Numbered from the stretch's first letter, positions 38,778-51,886 are shown. The stretch is DNA of 64,000 nt from Macrostomum lignano (GCA_002269645.1 NIVC01001164.1:186001-250000), one strand, 5' to 3'. Notes: a model not told the origin generated them from the sequence alone. Program-made: numbers and translations.

Positions 38778-41700
38778 ATGCTCCTGATGGAACAGGCCAC
38801 TCTGGCAGATCCGGTGAGAGAAAATCTTTTGATGCCTGTTCTGCTCGCAATGACGATATCGCCGTAGGCGTTGCGCCAGGGTGCCTGCAGCTGCAGCCCT
38901 CCTGCAAGTATTATATACACGTAATATTTTTAGCCAAAAGTCGTAAACCTGTGATACCGGCCTTGTGCCCTCTGGTCATCTGAGTACTGTAAAATTCCCC
39001 TAGTGTCCTTGATGATGTGATGCATGGATTCCCCAAGGAGCATCTGGACCTCGGCAGCACCAAAAGTATCCCCTGAACTGCGACAGGCATTTTTATCATA
39101 ACTCGTGCATTATTTATTACCCCAATATCCACCCCAGTCGAATGCAAGCGAGTTCGACGTGATCCAGCTAGTTCGCATCGGGGTCTCCGGTCGGCAAGGA
39201 CTCAGCGCATCCGGCCTGTGCCTCATCACTTTGTACGCCCTGATCTCCGCAGCCTCCCTGGCAGGCAACGGATTGTTCCTGTTTCTCAGCCTCCGCTACA
39301 GAGGCCTCAGGCGGCACATCTCCTACATCATGATGAGCTTAGCTGGTTCCAATTTGCTAGTCACCTGCATCTGCGTGCCAGCCTCTGCTTACAGACTTTT
39401 CTACCTGAGCTGGGGTATCGGCGAGCTCGGCTGCAAGCTCGTCATGTTTGTCGAAGGTGAGATGACAGCACAGTAGAAGCGGACTAACTGTGTGTAGGAG
39501 GACTGCAGTCTCGCCAAGTCGTGCCAATTTCACTGGAAAATTCATTGGCGAGACTCCTGTGTCAGTGTTTTAGGCTATAAATTCACAGCATCTCAACTGG
39601 ACTTTCCAATAGCAAGTGCGTGATGATAAAAATTGATATTTGCAAGGAGGGTTGCGGGCACCCTGGCGCAACGCCTTCGGCGATATCGTCAAACAACCAG
39701 TGCTGAGACAATTCTGCCCAGTCCGCTGGCTCCTGAGCACAATACAAGCGCGCCAATACTGTACGCAGGCACACACTCATGCACACGCTCACACGGGGTG
39801 TACAACCGTCCTGACTTTCTAATCGTCAGGCATGTACACTCTCTGCCTTGGGGGCTGGCCCGATCACCGCAAGACAAACCCCCAGGCCAATTTTCGGGCA
39901 GTTAGGGTTCTAATCCATGCGTGTCTCCTCAGTGTATTTTTCTAGTGGGATATTTTCGAAACTAGTTTTATATATACGGTACTAATGTACAGATTTTCGG
40001 GAATATTGTCTGTATTGTCAAACTATATTTAACTCTTCTATTGTAATCGACAAATGGCTTAGTGTACTTTTGAGCTAGTAAAATTTGTTTAAAGCTTGGG
40101 ATTGTGAAGCTTGCGGATTGTGAAGCTTGGGATTGTGAAGCTTGGGATTGTGAAGCTTAGGATTGTGAAGCTTAGGATTGTGAAGCTTGGGGATTGTGAA
40201 GCTTGGGGATTGTGAAGCTTGGGGATTGTATTGAGAATCTGCGGTACACGCTCGAGTGCATGCAGGACAAATTCTAGCAGATGAATTGCCCAAATCATCA
40301 GGCCGAGCAGCTGAATATTCCTTGCTCGCTCATCCGTTTCCACGCTGCCGATAGTTTAGGCGCAGCAATGCGGAGACGCAACCGGTCTGTCTTGGAGTTC
40401 GTTGAGCCATCCGGATCGATGAATGATCCCAATTAATTTAGGCCCGAATATCCCTGACAGCTGGCGTTAATTTTTTGTTTCAGGGGTGAATTTAGTGCAC
40501 GATTTGCTAGCCTGCATTCACCTGCGCGTTTGTCTGCTTGTCTCCTCAGTGAGGCAGCGAATGAGTTCAATGAGATCATGTATTCTTGAGTGAGATCATG
40601 TGTTCTTGTGTGAGATCATGTGGTCTTGTCTGAGATCATATGTTCTTGAGTGAGATCATGTCTTCTTGAGTGAGATCATGTGTTCTTGAGTGAGATCATG
40701 TGTTCTTGAGTGAGATCATGTGTTCTTGTGTGAGATCATGTGTTCTTGAGTGAGATCATGTGTTCTTGAGTGAGATCATGTGTTCTCGAGTGAAATCATG
40801 TGTTCTTGAGTGAGATCATGTGTTTTTGAATGAGATCATGTGTTTTTGAGTGGGATAATATGTTCTTGAGTAAGATCATGTCTTCTTGAGTGAGATCATG
40901 TCTTCTTGAGTGAGATCATGTGTTCTTGAGTGAGATCATGTGTTCTTGAGTGAGATCATGTGTTCTCGAGTGAAATCATGTGTTCTTGAGTGAGATCATG
41001 TGTTTTTGAATGAGATCATGTGTTTTTGAGTGGGATAATATGTTCTTGAGTAAGATCATGTCTTCTTGAGTGAGATCATGTGTTCTTGAGTGAGATCATG
41101 TGTTCTTGAGTGAGATCATGTGTTCTTGAGTGAGATCATGTGTTCTTGAGTGAGATCATGTGTTCTCGAGTGAAATCATGTGTTCTTGAGTGAGATCATG
41201 TGTTCTCGAGTGAAATCATGTGTTCTTGAGTGAGATCATGTGTTCTCGAGTGAAATCATGTGTTCTCGAGTGAAATCATGTGTTCTTGAGTGAGATCATG
41301 TGTTCTCGAGTGAAATCATGTGTTCTTGAGTGAGATCATGTGTTTTTGAATGAGATCATGTGTTTTTGAGTGGGATAATATGTTCTTGAGTAAGATCGTG
41401 TCTTCTTGAGTGAGATCATGTGTTCTTGAGTGAGATCATGTGTTCTTGAGTGAGATCATGTGTTCTTGAGTGAGATCATGTGTTCTTGAGTGAGATCATG
41501 TGTTCTTGAGTGAGATCATGTGTTCTTGAGTGAGATCATGTGTTCTTGAGTGAGATCATGTGTTCTTGAGTGAGATCATGTGTTCTTGAGTGAGATCATG
41601 TGTTCTTGAGTGAGATCATGTGTTCTTGAGTGAGATCATGTGTTCTTGAGTGAGATCATGTGTTCTTGAGTGAGATCATGTGTTCTTGAGTGAGATCATG

Positions 41701-44097
41701 TGTTCTTGAGTGAGATCATGTGTTCTTGAGTGAGATCATGTGTTCTTGAGTGAGATCATGTGTTCTTGAGTGAGATCATGTGTTCTTGAGTGAGATCATG
41801 TGTTCTTGAGTGAGATCATGTGTTTTTGAATGAGATCATGTGTTTTTGAGTGGGATAATATGTTCTTGAGTAAGATCATGTCTTCTTGAGTGAGATCATG
41901 TCTTCTTGAGTGAGATCATGTGTTCTTGAGTGAGATCATGTGTTCTTGAGTGAGATCATGTGTTCTCGAGTGAAATCATGTGTTCTTGAGTGAGATCATG
42001 TGTTCTCGAGTGAAATCATGTGTTCTTGAGTGAGATCATGTGTTCTCGAGTGAAATCATGTGTTCTTGAGTGAGATCATGTGTTTTTGAATGAGATCATG
42101 TGTTTTTGAGTGGGATAATATGTTCTTGAGTAAGATCGTGTCTTCTTGAGTGAGATCATGTGTTCTTGAGTGAGATCATGTGTTCTTGAGTGAGATCATG
42201 TGTTCTTGAGTGAGATCATGTGTTCTTGAGTGAGATCATGTGTTCTTGAGTGAGATCATGTGTTCTTGAGTGAGATCATGTGTTCTTGAGTGAGATCATG
42301 TGTTCTTGAGTGAGATCATGTGTTCTTGAGTGAGATCATGTGTTTTTGAATGAGATCATGTGTTTTTGAGTGGGATAATATGTTCTTGAGTAAGATCATG
42401 TCTTCTTGAGTGAGATCATGTGTTCTTGAGTGAGATCATGTGTTCTTGAGTGAGATCATGTGTTCTTGAGTGAGATCATGTGTTCTCGAGTGAAATCATG
42501 TGTTCTTGAGTGAGATCATGTGTTCTCGAGTGAAATCATGTGTTCTTGAGTGAGATCATGTGTTCTCGAGTGAAATCATGTGTTCTTGAGTGAGATCATG
42601 TGTTTTTGAATGAGATCATGTGTTTTTGAGTGGGATAATATGTTCTTGAGTAAGATCGTGTCTTCTTGAGTGAGATCATGTGTTCTTGAGTGAGATCATG
42701 TGTTCTTGAGTGAGATCATGTGTTCTTGAGTGAGATCATGTGTTCTTGAGTGAGATCATGTGTTCTTGAGTGAGATCATGTGTTCTTGAGTGAGATCATG
42801 TGTTCTTGAGTGAGATCATGTGTTCTTGAGTGAGATCATGTGTTCTTGAGTGAGATCATGTGTTCTTGAGTGAGATCATGTGTTCTTGAGTGAGATCATG
42901 TGTTCTTGAGTGAGATCATGTGTTCTTGAGTGAGATCATGTGTTCTTGAGTGAGATCATGTGTTCTTGAGTGAGATCATGTGTTCTTGAGTGAGATCATG
43001 TGTTCTTGAGTGAGATCATGTGTTCTTGAGTGAGATCATGTTTTCTTGAGTGAGATCATGTGTTCTTGAGTGAGATCATGTGTTCTTGAGTGAGATCATG
43101 TTTTCTTGAGTGAGATCATGTGTTCTTGAGTGAGATCATGTTTTCTTGAGTGAGATCATGTGTTCTGAAGTTAGTTCAATCAGCAAGTTGGTGACTGTTC
43201 GTCATTGACTAACACACAAACCCCACCCAATCGCCCCGAGCAGCCCTGGCCCTGGCCGTGAACAGTTTCTCCCTGGCCAGCGTGGCCATCATCCGGGCCC
43301 GCCAGAGCGCCCTGATGATCCCGCCCAGCCAGGCTTCGAACCGCGGCCTGCGCCTTGCCGTGCCGGCCATCTGGCTGGTGGCCGCCCTGGTCAGTGTGCC
43401 CGCCCTGTTCGCCGTGTCCCTGCAGCAGATCGGCATGTCCGACCTGCTCAACCTGACCTCGCTGACCTCGCCGCAGACTTCGTCGCCAAGCAATTGGACG
43501 GACGCAGTTGCTTCTTCTTCGCCGGGTAGGCCAGTGCTCCAGCTGTGCTCCGAGCATCGAAGCAGCGATGTTCAAGGCCGGACTAGCCAGAAGATCTACT
43601 CGGCATATTTCCTGCTCATTCTGTTCCTGTCGCCCTGCATAGTTCTGATGTTCTCCTACGGTTTCACAGCTCGCTTCATCACCAGGCAGTTCGCCCGCCT
43701 GCAGGCCAGGGCACCGCAGCAGCCGGACACGCAGTTCGCTGCCGGCCTCACCCGACGGCCCGGCCGGTCGCAGAGCAGCAGCGCCGGCCGACACACGCCG
43801 CAGGCTGCGGCCGCCTGCCACGCCAGGGAGCTGCAGAAGCGGACAGTGAAAACTGTCGTAGTACTTGTAGCATTCTTCTTCTGCGCCTGGTTTCCCAAGG
43901 ATCTGATCATTGCGCTGCAGGATTTTGTGTTCTACGATCAGCAGAGTCAGGCCGTGGCGGCGCTGCTGACCAAGTTCTATCCCTACACGCAGGCGCTGAT
44001 CTACTTGCACAGCGCGCTCTGCCCCCTGCTCTACTGGTGCCTCAGTCGGGTCTTTCGACGGTACGTCTGTCGGGCGTTTCCCTGCCGGCGAGTCTGA
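38778..44097 (+). CDS. class A (rhodopsin-like) GPCR of the neuropeptide-receptor type, 3 exons, ~402 aa
   Basis: Exons 38778..38813 (MLLMEQATLADP), 39138..39456 and 43244..44097; GT-AG, phases 0 and 1, 1209 nt. Seven hydrophobic helices, TM1 GN, ECL1 W-x-x-G...CK, ECL2 Cys, TM5 P...Y, TM6 WFP, TM7 P-x-x-Y and a helix-8 F-RR. Exon 1 is inferred. Confidence 0.88.
39635..39900 (-). mobile_element. diverged relative of the SINE at 37815, in GPCR intron 2
   Basis: Shares CCCCCAAGGC..GTGTACATGCCT.ACGAT, GAGTGTGTGCCTGCGTAC and GCGCCAGGGTGC with the full copy; no clear tRNA head. Confidence 0.65.
40095..40228. repeat. 15-16-bp repeat (GGGATTGTGAAGCTT)n
   Basis: Direct reading, GPCR intron 2. Confidence 0.9.
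40571..43165. repeat. 20-bp minisatellite (GAGATCATGTGTTCTTGAGT)n, ~130 units, with higher-order structure
   Basis: Direct reading; ends ~80 nt before the GPCR exon 3 acceptor. Confidence 0.97.
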
Positions 44098-45917
44098 CTT
44101 CACTGGCTAGCCTAGGAGTTGGCAGCGATTCTGATTGGCTCAGAGGCGACAACAACACTACAGAAACTATTCTGATTGGTCGAGGCGCAATACAGTGTTT
44201 TAGAAGCGATTCTGATTGGTTGATTCAAAGTAAAGTGCTATATAGACGATTCTGATTGGTCGAGGCGCAGTACAGTGTTATACTTGAAGTAGAAATGATT
44301 CTGATTGGCCAGTGACCAGTAAAAAAGAACGGAACGTCTAAAATACGCCATTTATGGCTCTTGAATAAGCATAAACATTTAACGCGTCGAGCATCCGCTT
44401 GTTCAATGATGATTGACCAACCAGTGTGATTTTTGTCTACTATTCATAATCAAAAAAGCGCCCTTTTGCCTGTTGTAATGCAAATTTGTGAGAATCTTTT
44501 CAGCAGCTAGTAAATGACTTGTTTAAAATTACAATTTGTTAATGATTTGTTTCCCTAATAACTTGTAGTTTGCGTGTAGAATTCGAGGTATAGATTGTAA
44601 TATTATGTTATGCAATAAAATACAGCCAGTACTGCTCACTGCTGTTTAATTATTCATAAAGATAATAGAGTATACTTTTTTGAGCTCGGAGCAAACAACT
44701 ACTTCTAATATTATAATTACTATTGTTATTGATTTTCTTATTATTGTTATTATTATTAGTTATCATTATTATTAATATTACACCGTAGGAATACCAAGCC
44801 ATTTTTCCGCCCGTGGAACTACCAAGGGGGGAATTCCCACCCAGACAATTTTTTTTGCTGCACCGGAACGGAGCAACGCAGACACACGAAATTCAAGAAC
44901 ACGGGCTAACTTTTTGTTGCGCACCTTCTCAAACAAGCATCAAGTCGCCAGCCCTCCGGACCGTCGAGATATTCGACGATTCTGCCAGAAGGTCGGATTT
45001 TTCCCATAAGCGCCAGTGTATTCAGTACACCCCTGTGCGCCAATCAGCACTGCGACTCAGTGCAGCCTTGCCAAGCCAGCGTGTCCATAGTCGCATGGTG
45101 TAATCTGTTGAAGGTGCCGATGGCGTCGGGGTGATGACGAACTGCTTGAGAGACCAGCTGAGAATGTCCGGCAGTCGAGGCTTGATTAGTGAAACTTCAG
45201 AAATTTGCATCAAGGTGTTCATAGTCACCTGGTGCCACCTGTTGAAGGTCCAGAAGCTCCGCCTGGGTGAAGGCCAGTGACCAACAAAGTCAGAGCTGAT
45301 GCAGACACATGTGGCCGACGTGCTGATGAAATTTGGAGGCTTGGCAAGGCGGCACTGAGTTGCAGTGCTGATTGGCTGGGATTTTTATCTTTTATTATAA
45401 GTCATTAAGTGTAAAATATATTATATCCTCTGCAGTAAGGTTTTTAAAATTTTAAACTTCACTTGAGATTTCATATGTTCAAACTTAATTGTTTTATCAT
45501 GGGGAGCACTTTGTTCAGGTCCTGTTCTCGTAAGGGAGCCTTTGGTCTCGCAGTGGCTCTGCAGCGTGTCTCAGTGTTAAGTAAATAAGTTACTATTGCT
45601 GACATCTAATCTTACCTTAGCCTTCATTTCTCACTCTGTATACAGCAGTTGTAATTTAGCTTTAACCACCAGGGGATTAAAGGAAGAAATTTTTCACCTG
45701 ATGTTTCATCACGAACACTAAACAAACCAGCCTTATAATCCAGAGTCCACAATCTAGTTTTTCTATATTTCACGATTATTCCATGCGTGTGTTGCAACTC
45801 TAAATTATACTGGCTTCCTGTTTCCTTCATCACGACTCCTTCATCAGGTAGCTGCTTTAGTAGAGTAGAGCCGAAAAAGGGGAACAGATCCTCGGTAACT
45901 TCGACTGGATTGCTTCA

Positions 45918-46870
45918 GGCTAATTCTTGACTGTATCTGAGCTAATTCTTGACTGTATTTGGGCTAATTCTTGACTGAATCTGAGCTAATTCTTGACTGT
46001 ATCTGAGCTAATTCTTGACTGAATCTGAGCTAATTCTTGACTGAATCTGGGCTAATTCTTGACTGAATCTGGGCTAATTCTTGACTGAATCTGAGCTAAT
46101 TCTTGACTGAATCTGAGCTAATTCTTGACTGAATCTGGGCTAATTCTTGACTGTATCTGAGCTAATTCTTGACTGAATCTGAGCTAATTCTTGACTGTAT
46201 CTGAGCTAATTCTTGACTGTATCTGAGCTAATTCTTGACTGTATTTGGGCTAATTCTTGACTGAATCTGAGCTAATTCTTGACTGTATCTGAGCTAATTC
46301 TTGACTGTATCTGAGCTAATTCTTGACTGTATCTGAGCTAATTCTTGACTGAATCTGGGCTAATTCTTGACTGAATCTGGGCTAATTCTTGACTGAATCT
46401 GAGCTAATTCTTGACTGTATCTGAGCTAACTCTTGACTCAATTCTAAGCTAATTCTTAACTGTATCTGAGAGCTAATTCTTGACTGTATCTGAGCTAATT
46501 CTTGACTGAATCTGGGCTAATTCTTGACTGAATCTGGGCTAATTCTTGACTGAATCTGGGCTAATTCTTGACTGAATCTGAGCTAATTCTTGACTGAATC
46601 TGGGCTAATTCTTGACTGAATCTGAGCTAATTCTTGACTGAATCTGAGCTAATTCTTGACTGAATCTGGGCTAATTCTTGACTGAATCTGAGCTAATTCT
46701 TTACTGTATCTGAGCTAATTCTTGACTCAATTCTAAGCTAATTCTTGACTGTATCTGAGCTAATTCTTGACTGTATTTGGGCTAATTCTTGACTGAATCT
46801 GGGCTAATTCTTGACTGAATCTGAGCTAATTCTTGACTGAATCTGGGCTAATTCCTGACTGAATCTGGGG
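45918..46870. repeat. 22-bp minisatellite (GCTAATTCTTGACTGWATCTGR)n
   Basis: Direct reading. Confidence 0.95.
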
Positions 46871-47311
46871 TAACTCCCTGACGGAACTCTGAGCTACTGC
46901 ATGACGTAATAAATACAGATCAACGGCAGCTGTGTTTCCAGTTCAGTTTCCTAAAGGTCCCTGACTCTGTGCAAATCTCAGGAACTCCGATCCAGCTTTA
47001 TACTTAATAGTTCTGAACTCAATTTTCGAAACTATTTGTCGAAGGTAAGGCGGAACTTAACTTACTGTTCAGGATTTCCCGAATGCAAATAATTATGGAA
47101 ATTTTGTGGCATTTTCCCAGCCGGAGATGCCCGTATAAATCCCCCCGCTGCACCAGATGGTCGCAGAAATGAGTTCGGAGATTAGCTCAGTGAGGTCTTT
47201 TCAGATTAATGAACATTTGGCCTGACCAAACTGCCTTAATCAATGTTAAGGGATTTCACCACCTAGAAAAGGTGGGCAATACTTTGCCCATATAAGCCCT
47301 GCATGCATGAG

Positions 47312-48470
47312 AAAATGGATTGCTAATTTACAGCCATCATGGATGAAGGTATAGAATGGATTGCTAATCTATAGCCATCATGGATGAAGGTATAGAATGG
47401 ATTGCTAATCTATAGCCATCATGGATGAAGGTATAGAATGGATTGCTAATTTACAGCCATCATGGATGAGCGTATAGAATGGATTGCTAATCTATAGCCA
47501 TCAGGGATGAAGGAATAGAATGGATTGCTAATCTATAGCCATCATGGATGGAGGAATAGAATGGATTGCTAATCTATAGCCATTACGGATGAAGGAATAG
47601 AATGGATTGCTAATTTACAGCCATCAGGGATGAAGGAATACAATGGATTGCTAATCTATAGCCATCATGGATGAAGGAATAGAATGGATTGCTAATCTAT
47701 AGCCATTACGGATGAAGGAATAGAATGGATTGCTAATCTATAGCCATCATGGATGAAGGAATAGAATGGATTGCTAATCTATAGCCATCATGGATGAAGG
47801 AATAGAATGGATTGCTAATCTATAGCCATCATGGATGAAGGTGTAGAATGGATTGCTAATCTATAGCCATCATGGATGAAGGAATAGAATGGATTGCTAA
47901 TCTATAGCCATCATGGATGAAGGAATAGAATGGATTGCTAATCTATAGCCATCATGGATGAAGGAATAGAATGGATTGCTAATTTACAGCCATCATGGAT
48001 GAAGGTATGGAATGGATTGCTAATCTATAGCCATCATGGATGAAGGAATGGAATGGATTGCTAATTTACAGCCATGGATGAGCGTATAGAATGGATTGCT
48101 AATCTATAGCCATCGCGGATGAAGGAATAGAATGGATTGCTAATTTACAGCCATCATGGATGAAGGTGTAGAATGGATTGCTAATCTATAGCCATCGGGG
48201 ATGAAGGTATAGAATGGATTGCTAATCTATAGCCATCGGGGATGAAGGTATAGAATGGATTGCTAATCTATAGCCATCGGGGATGAAGGTATAGAATGGA
48301 TTGCTAATCTATAGCCATCGGGGATGAAGGAATAGAATGGATTGCTAATCTATAGCCATCGGGGATGAAGGTATACAATGGATTGCTAATCTATAGCCAT
48401 CGGGGATGAAGGTATAGAATGGATTGCTAATCTATAGCCATCGGGGATGAAGGTGTAGAATGGATTGCTG
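47312..48470. repeat. 41-bp minisatellite (GAATGGATTGCTAATCTATAGCCATCATGGATGAAGGWATA)n
   Basis: Direct reading; the CATCGGGG variant dominates the last units. Confidence 0.95.
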
Positions 48471-48986
48471 ACTCCCAGTTCTCCGTAAAGCAAGCACTTC
48501 TCTAAGAGACTCCATTAGTGCAAAATTTGAGCTGCGTTGCTGGGAGCACGCATTGGACTTGGGACTTTCACCCTAGCAACAAAATCGCTGTAGGTAAAGC
48601 TCTTCCAAGTGAAGAAATTCCGCCTTCCCTGATCTTGGGCTACAAGGGACAGCTTTTAGAAGTTGTCGGGCGCTGTGGCTTAGAAAAATCGATAAACTTC
48701 CCCTCATGGGCCATTGTTCCCCCAGCAGCTGCCTCATCAACTCTGCTGTACACTGGTCCGTCACACTATTTTGTTAAAAAGTTTTCTTTAACTTGCTGCT
48801 GCTACCCGCGCTCTCCTAGCATACTTTGTACGAGCGTATGATTGCTTTTCTGTCTCCAGCTAGTGATTTGCTTCAGCTGGTGAATGAGCTAGAAATGCTA
48901 CTTGTGAAAGTTCAGTAGCATATTCTGCCTACTAAGCCGAAATATCTTTGTTTGAAGATTATACCGTTTATTTAAAATAGACGCAA

Positions 48987-49600
48987 AATCAGTTCAGAAT
49001 CAGATCAGAATCAGATCAGAATCAGATCAGAATCAGATCAGAATCAGTTCAGAATCAGTTCAGAATCAGTTCAGAATCAGTTCAGAATCAGATCAGAATC
49101 GGATCAGAATCAGTTCAGAATCAGTTCAGAATCAGTTCAGAATCAGTTCAGAATCAGTTCAGAATCAGTTCAGAATCAGAATCAGTTCAGAATCAGTACA
49201 GAATCAGTTCAGAATCAGTTCAGTTCAGAATCAGATCAGAATCAGATCAGAATCAGATCAGAATCAGTTCAGAATCAGTTCAGAATCAGTTCAGAATCAG
49301 TTCAGAATCAGTTCAGAATCAGTTCAGAATCAGTTCAGAATCAGTTCAGAATCAGAATCAGAATCAGAATCAGTTCAGAATCAGTTCAGAATCAGTTCAG
49401 AATCAGATCAGAATCAGTTCAGAATCAGTTCAGAATCAGTTCAGAATCAGATCAGAATCAGTTCAGAATCAGATCAGAATCAGATCAGAATCAGTTCAGA
49501 ATCAGTTCAGAATCAGTTCAGTTCAGAATCAGATCAGAATCAGTTCAGAATCAGATCAGAATCAGTTCAGAATCAGATCAGAATCAGATCAGAATCAGTT
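48987..49600. repeat. 11-bp repeat (CAGWTCAGAAT)n
   Basis: Direct reading. Confidence 0.95.
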
Positions 49601-49821
49601 TAGTTCAAATCCCTTCAGTTCATTACGAATCAAAAGTGAGTTCAGAGCAAAAGTCATAATCAGCAACCAGATTGAGTTCACAATCTCAGCGAACAATGCT
49701 GTCTGCACGAGTCAAAGCCCGTATATTTGAGATGCAGTCTGAATTGAGTTCACCACGACTCTAACTGCAGACTTATGGCGTCACTAGTCTAGTGTTTTAT
49801 TTATTTAAAAGATTTTAAGAG

Positions 49822-50154
49822 TCAAGCAGCCGAACGCCACCAGATCCGTCTGAAGCGCTGACCCAGTCGCCCTTGCAGGGGTCTCTGCTGCCGCATCAGC
49901 AGCTGCCCGATGCCTCGGTCGCTGGTCCATCGTCGAGTCTCCCGCTCGCCCGGTGGTTCGCCCTCATCCTGCGGAGCAGCGGGCCGCCGCTTGCCCATGG
50001 CCGGGAAGCCGGGACTGATGACGCCGTGATGGCGCCTGCCTGATCCGGCGAAGAAGTCGAAGCCTCCGGCGTCGACCTCGGAGGGAGCCAAGCTGATGGC
50101 AGCCACAAGCAGCAGCAGCAGCACCTGCAGCCAGGTGAATCGCATTGAAATCAT
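49822..50154 (-). CDS. candidate secreted neuropeptide prohormone, ~110 aa (or 107 aa from the second ATG at 50145)
   Basis: GC-rich ORF with a signal peptide (MRFTWLQVLLLLLVAAISLAPSEVDA), then GGFDFFAGS-G-RR, HHGVISPGFPAM-G-KR, an acidic spacer and further RR sites. Gly plus dibasic residues is the canonical amidation/cleavage signal. Confidence 0.72.
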   Translation of the reverse strand: MISMRFTWLQVLLLLLVAAISLAPSEVDAGGFDFFAGSGRRHHGVISPGFPAMGKRRPAAPQDEGEPPGERETRRWTSDRGIGQLLMRQQRPLQGRLGQRFRRIWWRSAA

Positions 50155-50639
50155 TATTAACGCTTGACAGATAACAGCCTGATTTTGCTTTCGTATTTCC
50201 TGCGCGGAATTATCGCAGGCAACGAGGCCTGAACGGACCGCCGTTCTGGCTTTGCTTTTATATCCTCGCTTAGCTGTCCGCATTCCTCATTAGTGGATCC
50301 ATCAATCGCTTTGACAGGTTCTGATAATTAAAGACTGTCAAATGGGCTCGTGCCGAACTTGGCTTTGCCGTCTCTTTGAGCTCGAATGGATACGCAGATG
50401 CGCAACTGCGCACTCCGGCGACAACTTTGTGGAAATTACAACAACGTGCCAATTGTCTGTAATTATCAAAGCCTGAAATGTTGTGTCCTGTGTGAATGAA
50501 ACTAACGGTGAATTGAAAGCAATTATCTCTTATTTAGGCTGCGGGGTCTAAATTTAGCACACTTCACGCTGTACTGCAACTGGTCATCCGGTTCTGACTG
50601 GCTTATTCCGACCTTGAAGTTGTTTATCCAGAAGTTTTT

Positions 50640-50800
50640 ATCCTTAATCCTGAAGCTTTCATCCATGATCCTGAAGCTTTCATCCATGATCCTGAAGCTT
50701 TCATCCCTAATCCTGAAGCTTTCATCCATGATCCTGAAGCTTTCATCCCTAATCCTGAAGTTTTCAGCCTTAATCTTGAATGCTTCATTCTTAATCCTGA
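50640..50800. repeat. 21-bp repeat (ATCCTGAAGCTTTCATCCATG)n
   Basis: Direct reading. Confidence 0.85.
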
Positions 50801-51088
50801 AGTTTTCACCATCCTTATCCTGAATTAATCTCTCCTATTCAGATATTACTTTATTATGCACTTATCGCGCAGAGTTCATGAAGTCAGCAGCCGATTCTGT
50901 ACAAAATCTACCGAATTCTTCTGTGTAAAACAGCCGCTAAAATCTGGCGAGGAATAATGAATATAGAGTTCTAGGTGGCAAAGTGTTCTCCATTGCCTTC
51001 TGTAGTCAATTCAATATTAAATATAAATATAAACAAAAAATTAAACATGTATATAGCAGTAGCAGAAAGCATTGGGTTGGTCTCTAGG

Positions 51089-51493
<405 letters not shown>

Positions 51494-51886
51494 TCGCAGT
51501 TTTTATTTGTTTCTTGTTAGCAACGCACTGAATGGCAAGCAGGTATTTTCCTCCAATAGTGCAGCAGCAGTAACAGGCCGTGCTCAGTTCCTCGTCGGGA
51601 ATCTGCATGAGCTTTGATCCCCTCTGTCTCTGGGATGAGCAATCGCACGGGCTCATCCCTCCACGCCCGCCATTGGCCCGCCAGCGGGTAGGATGTTAAA
51701 ACTAAACAAAAATCCTTGCTGGCAGCTCACGCGCTAAAAACTTTTAAAAAATTCGATACCATTGAACTTGGACAGAATTTCTTTTTATCGAGCTATTTAT
51801 CTCGCAACTCGCTCGAAATATTTTGCTACTCAGCAGCTGAGGACTCCTCTCGAATTTCGGAATTCTCTTCTTCAAGCAATTTTGCA

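Noticed and set aside
39105-39137. ORF-track start of the GPCR (MHYLL...)
   Set aside because: The codon is GTG and lies in the pyrimidine tract before the acceptor at 39136-39137; an ATG exon at 38778 fits better.
40571-48470. Regular arrays as possible CRISPR loci
   Set aside because: Units are head-to-tail without unique spacers, no cas genes are present, and the context is eukaryotic.
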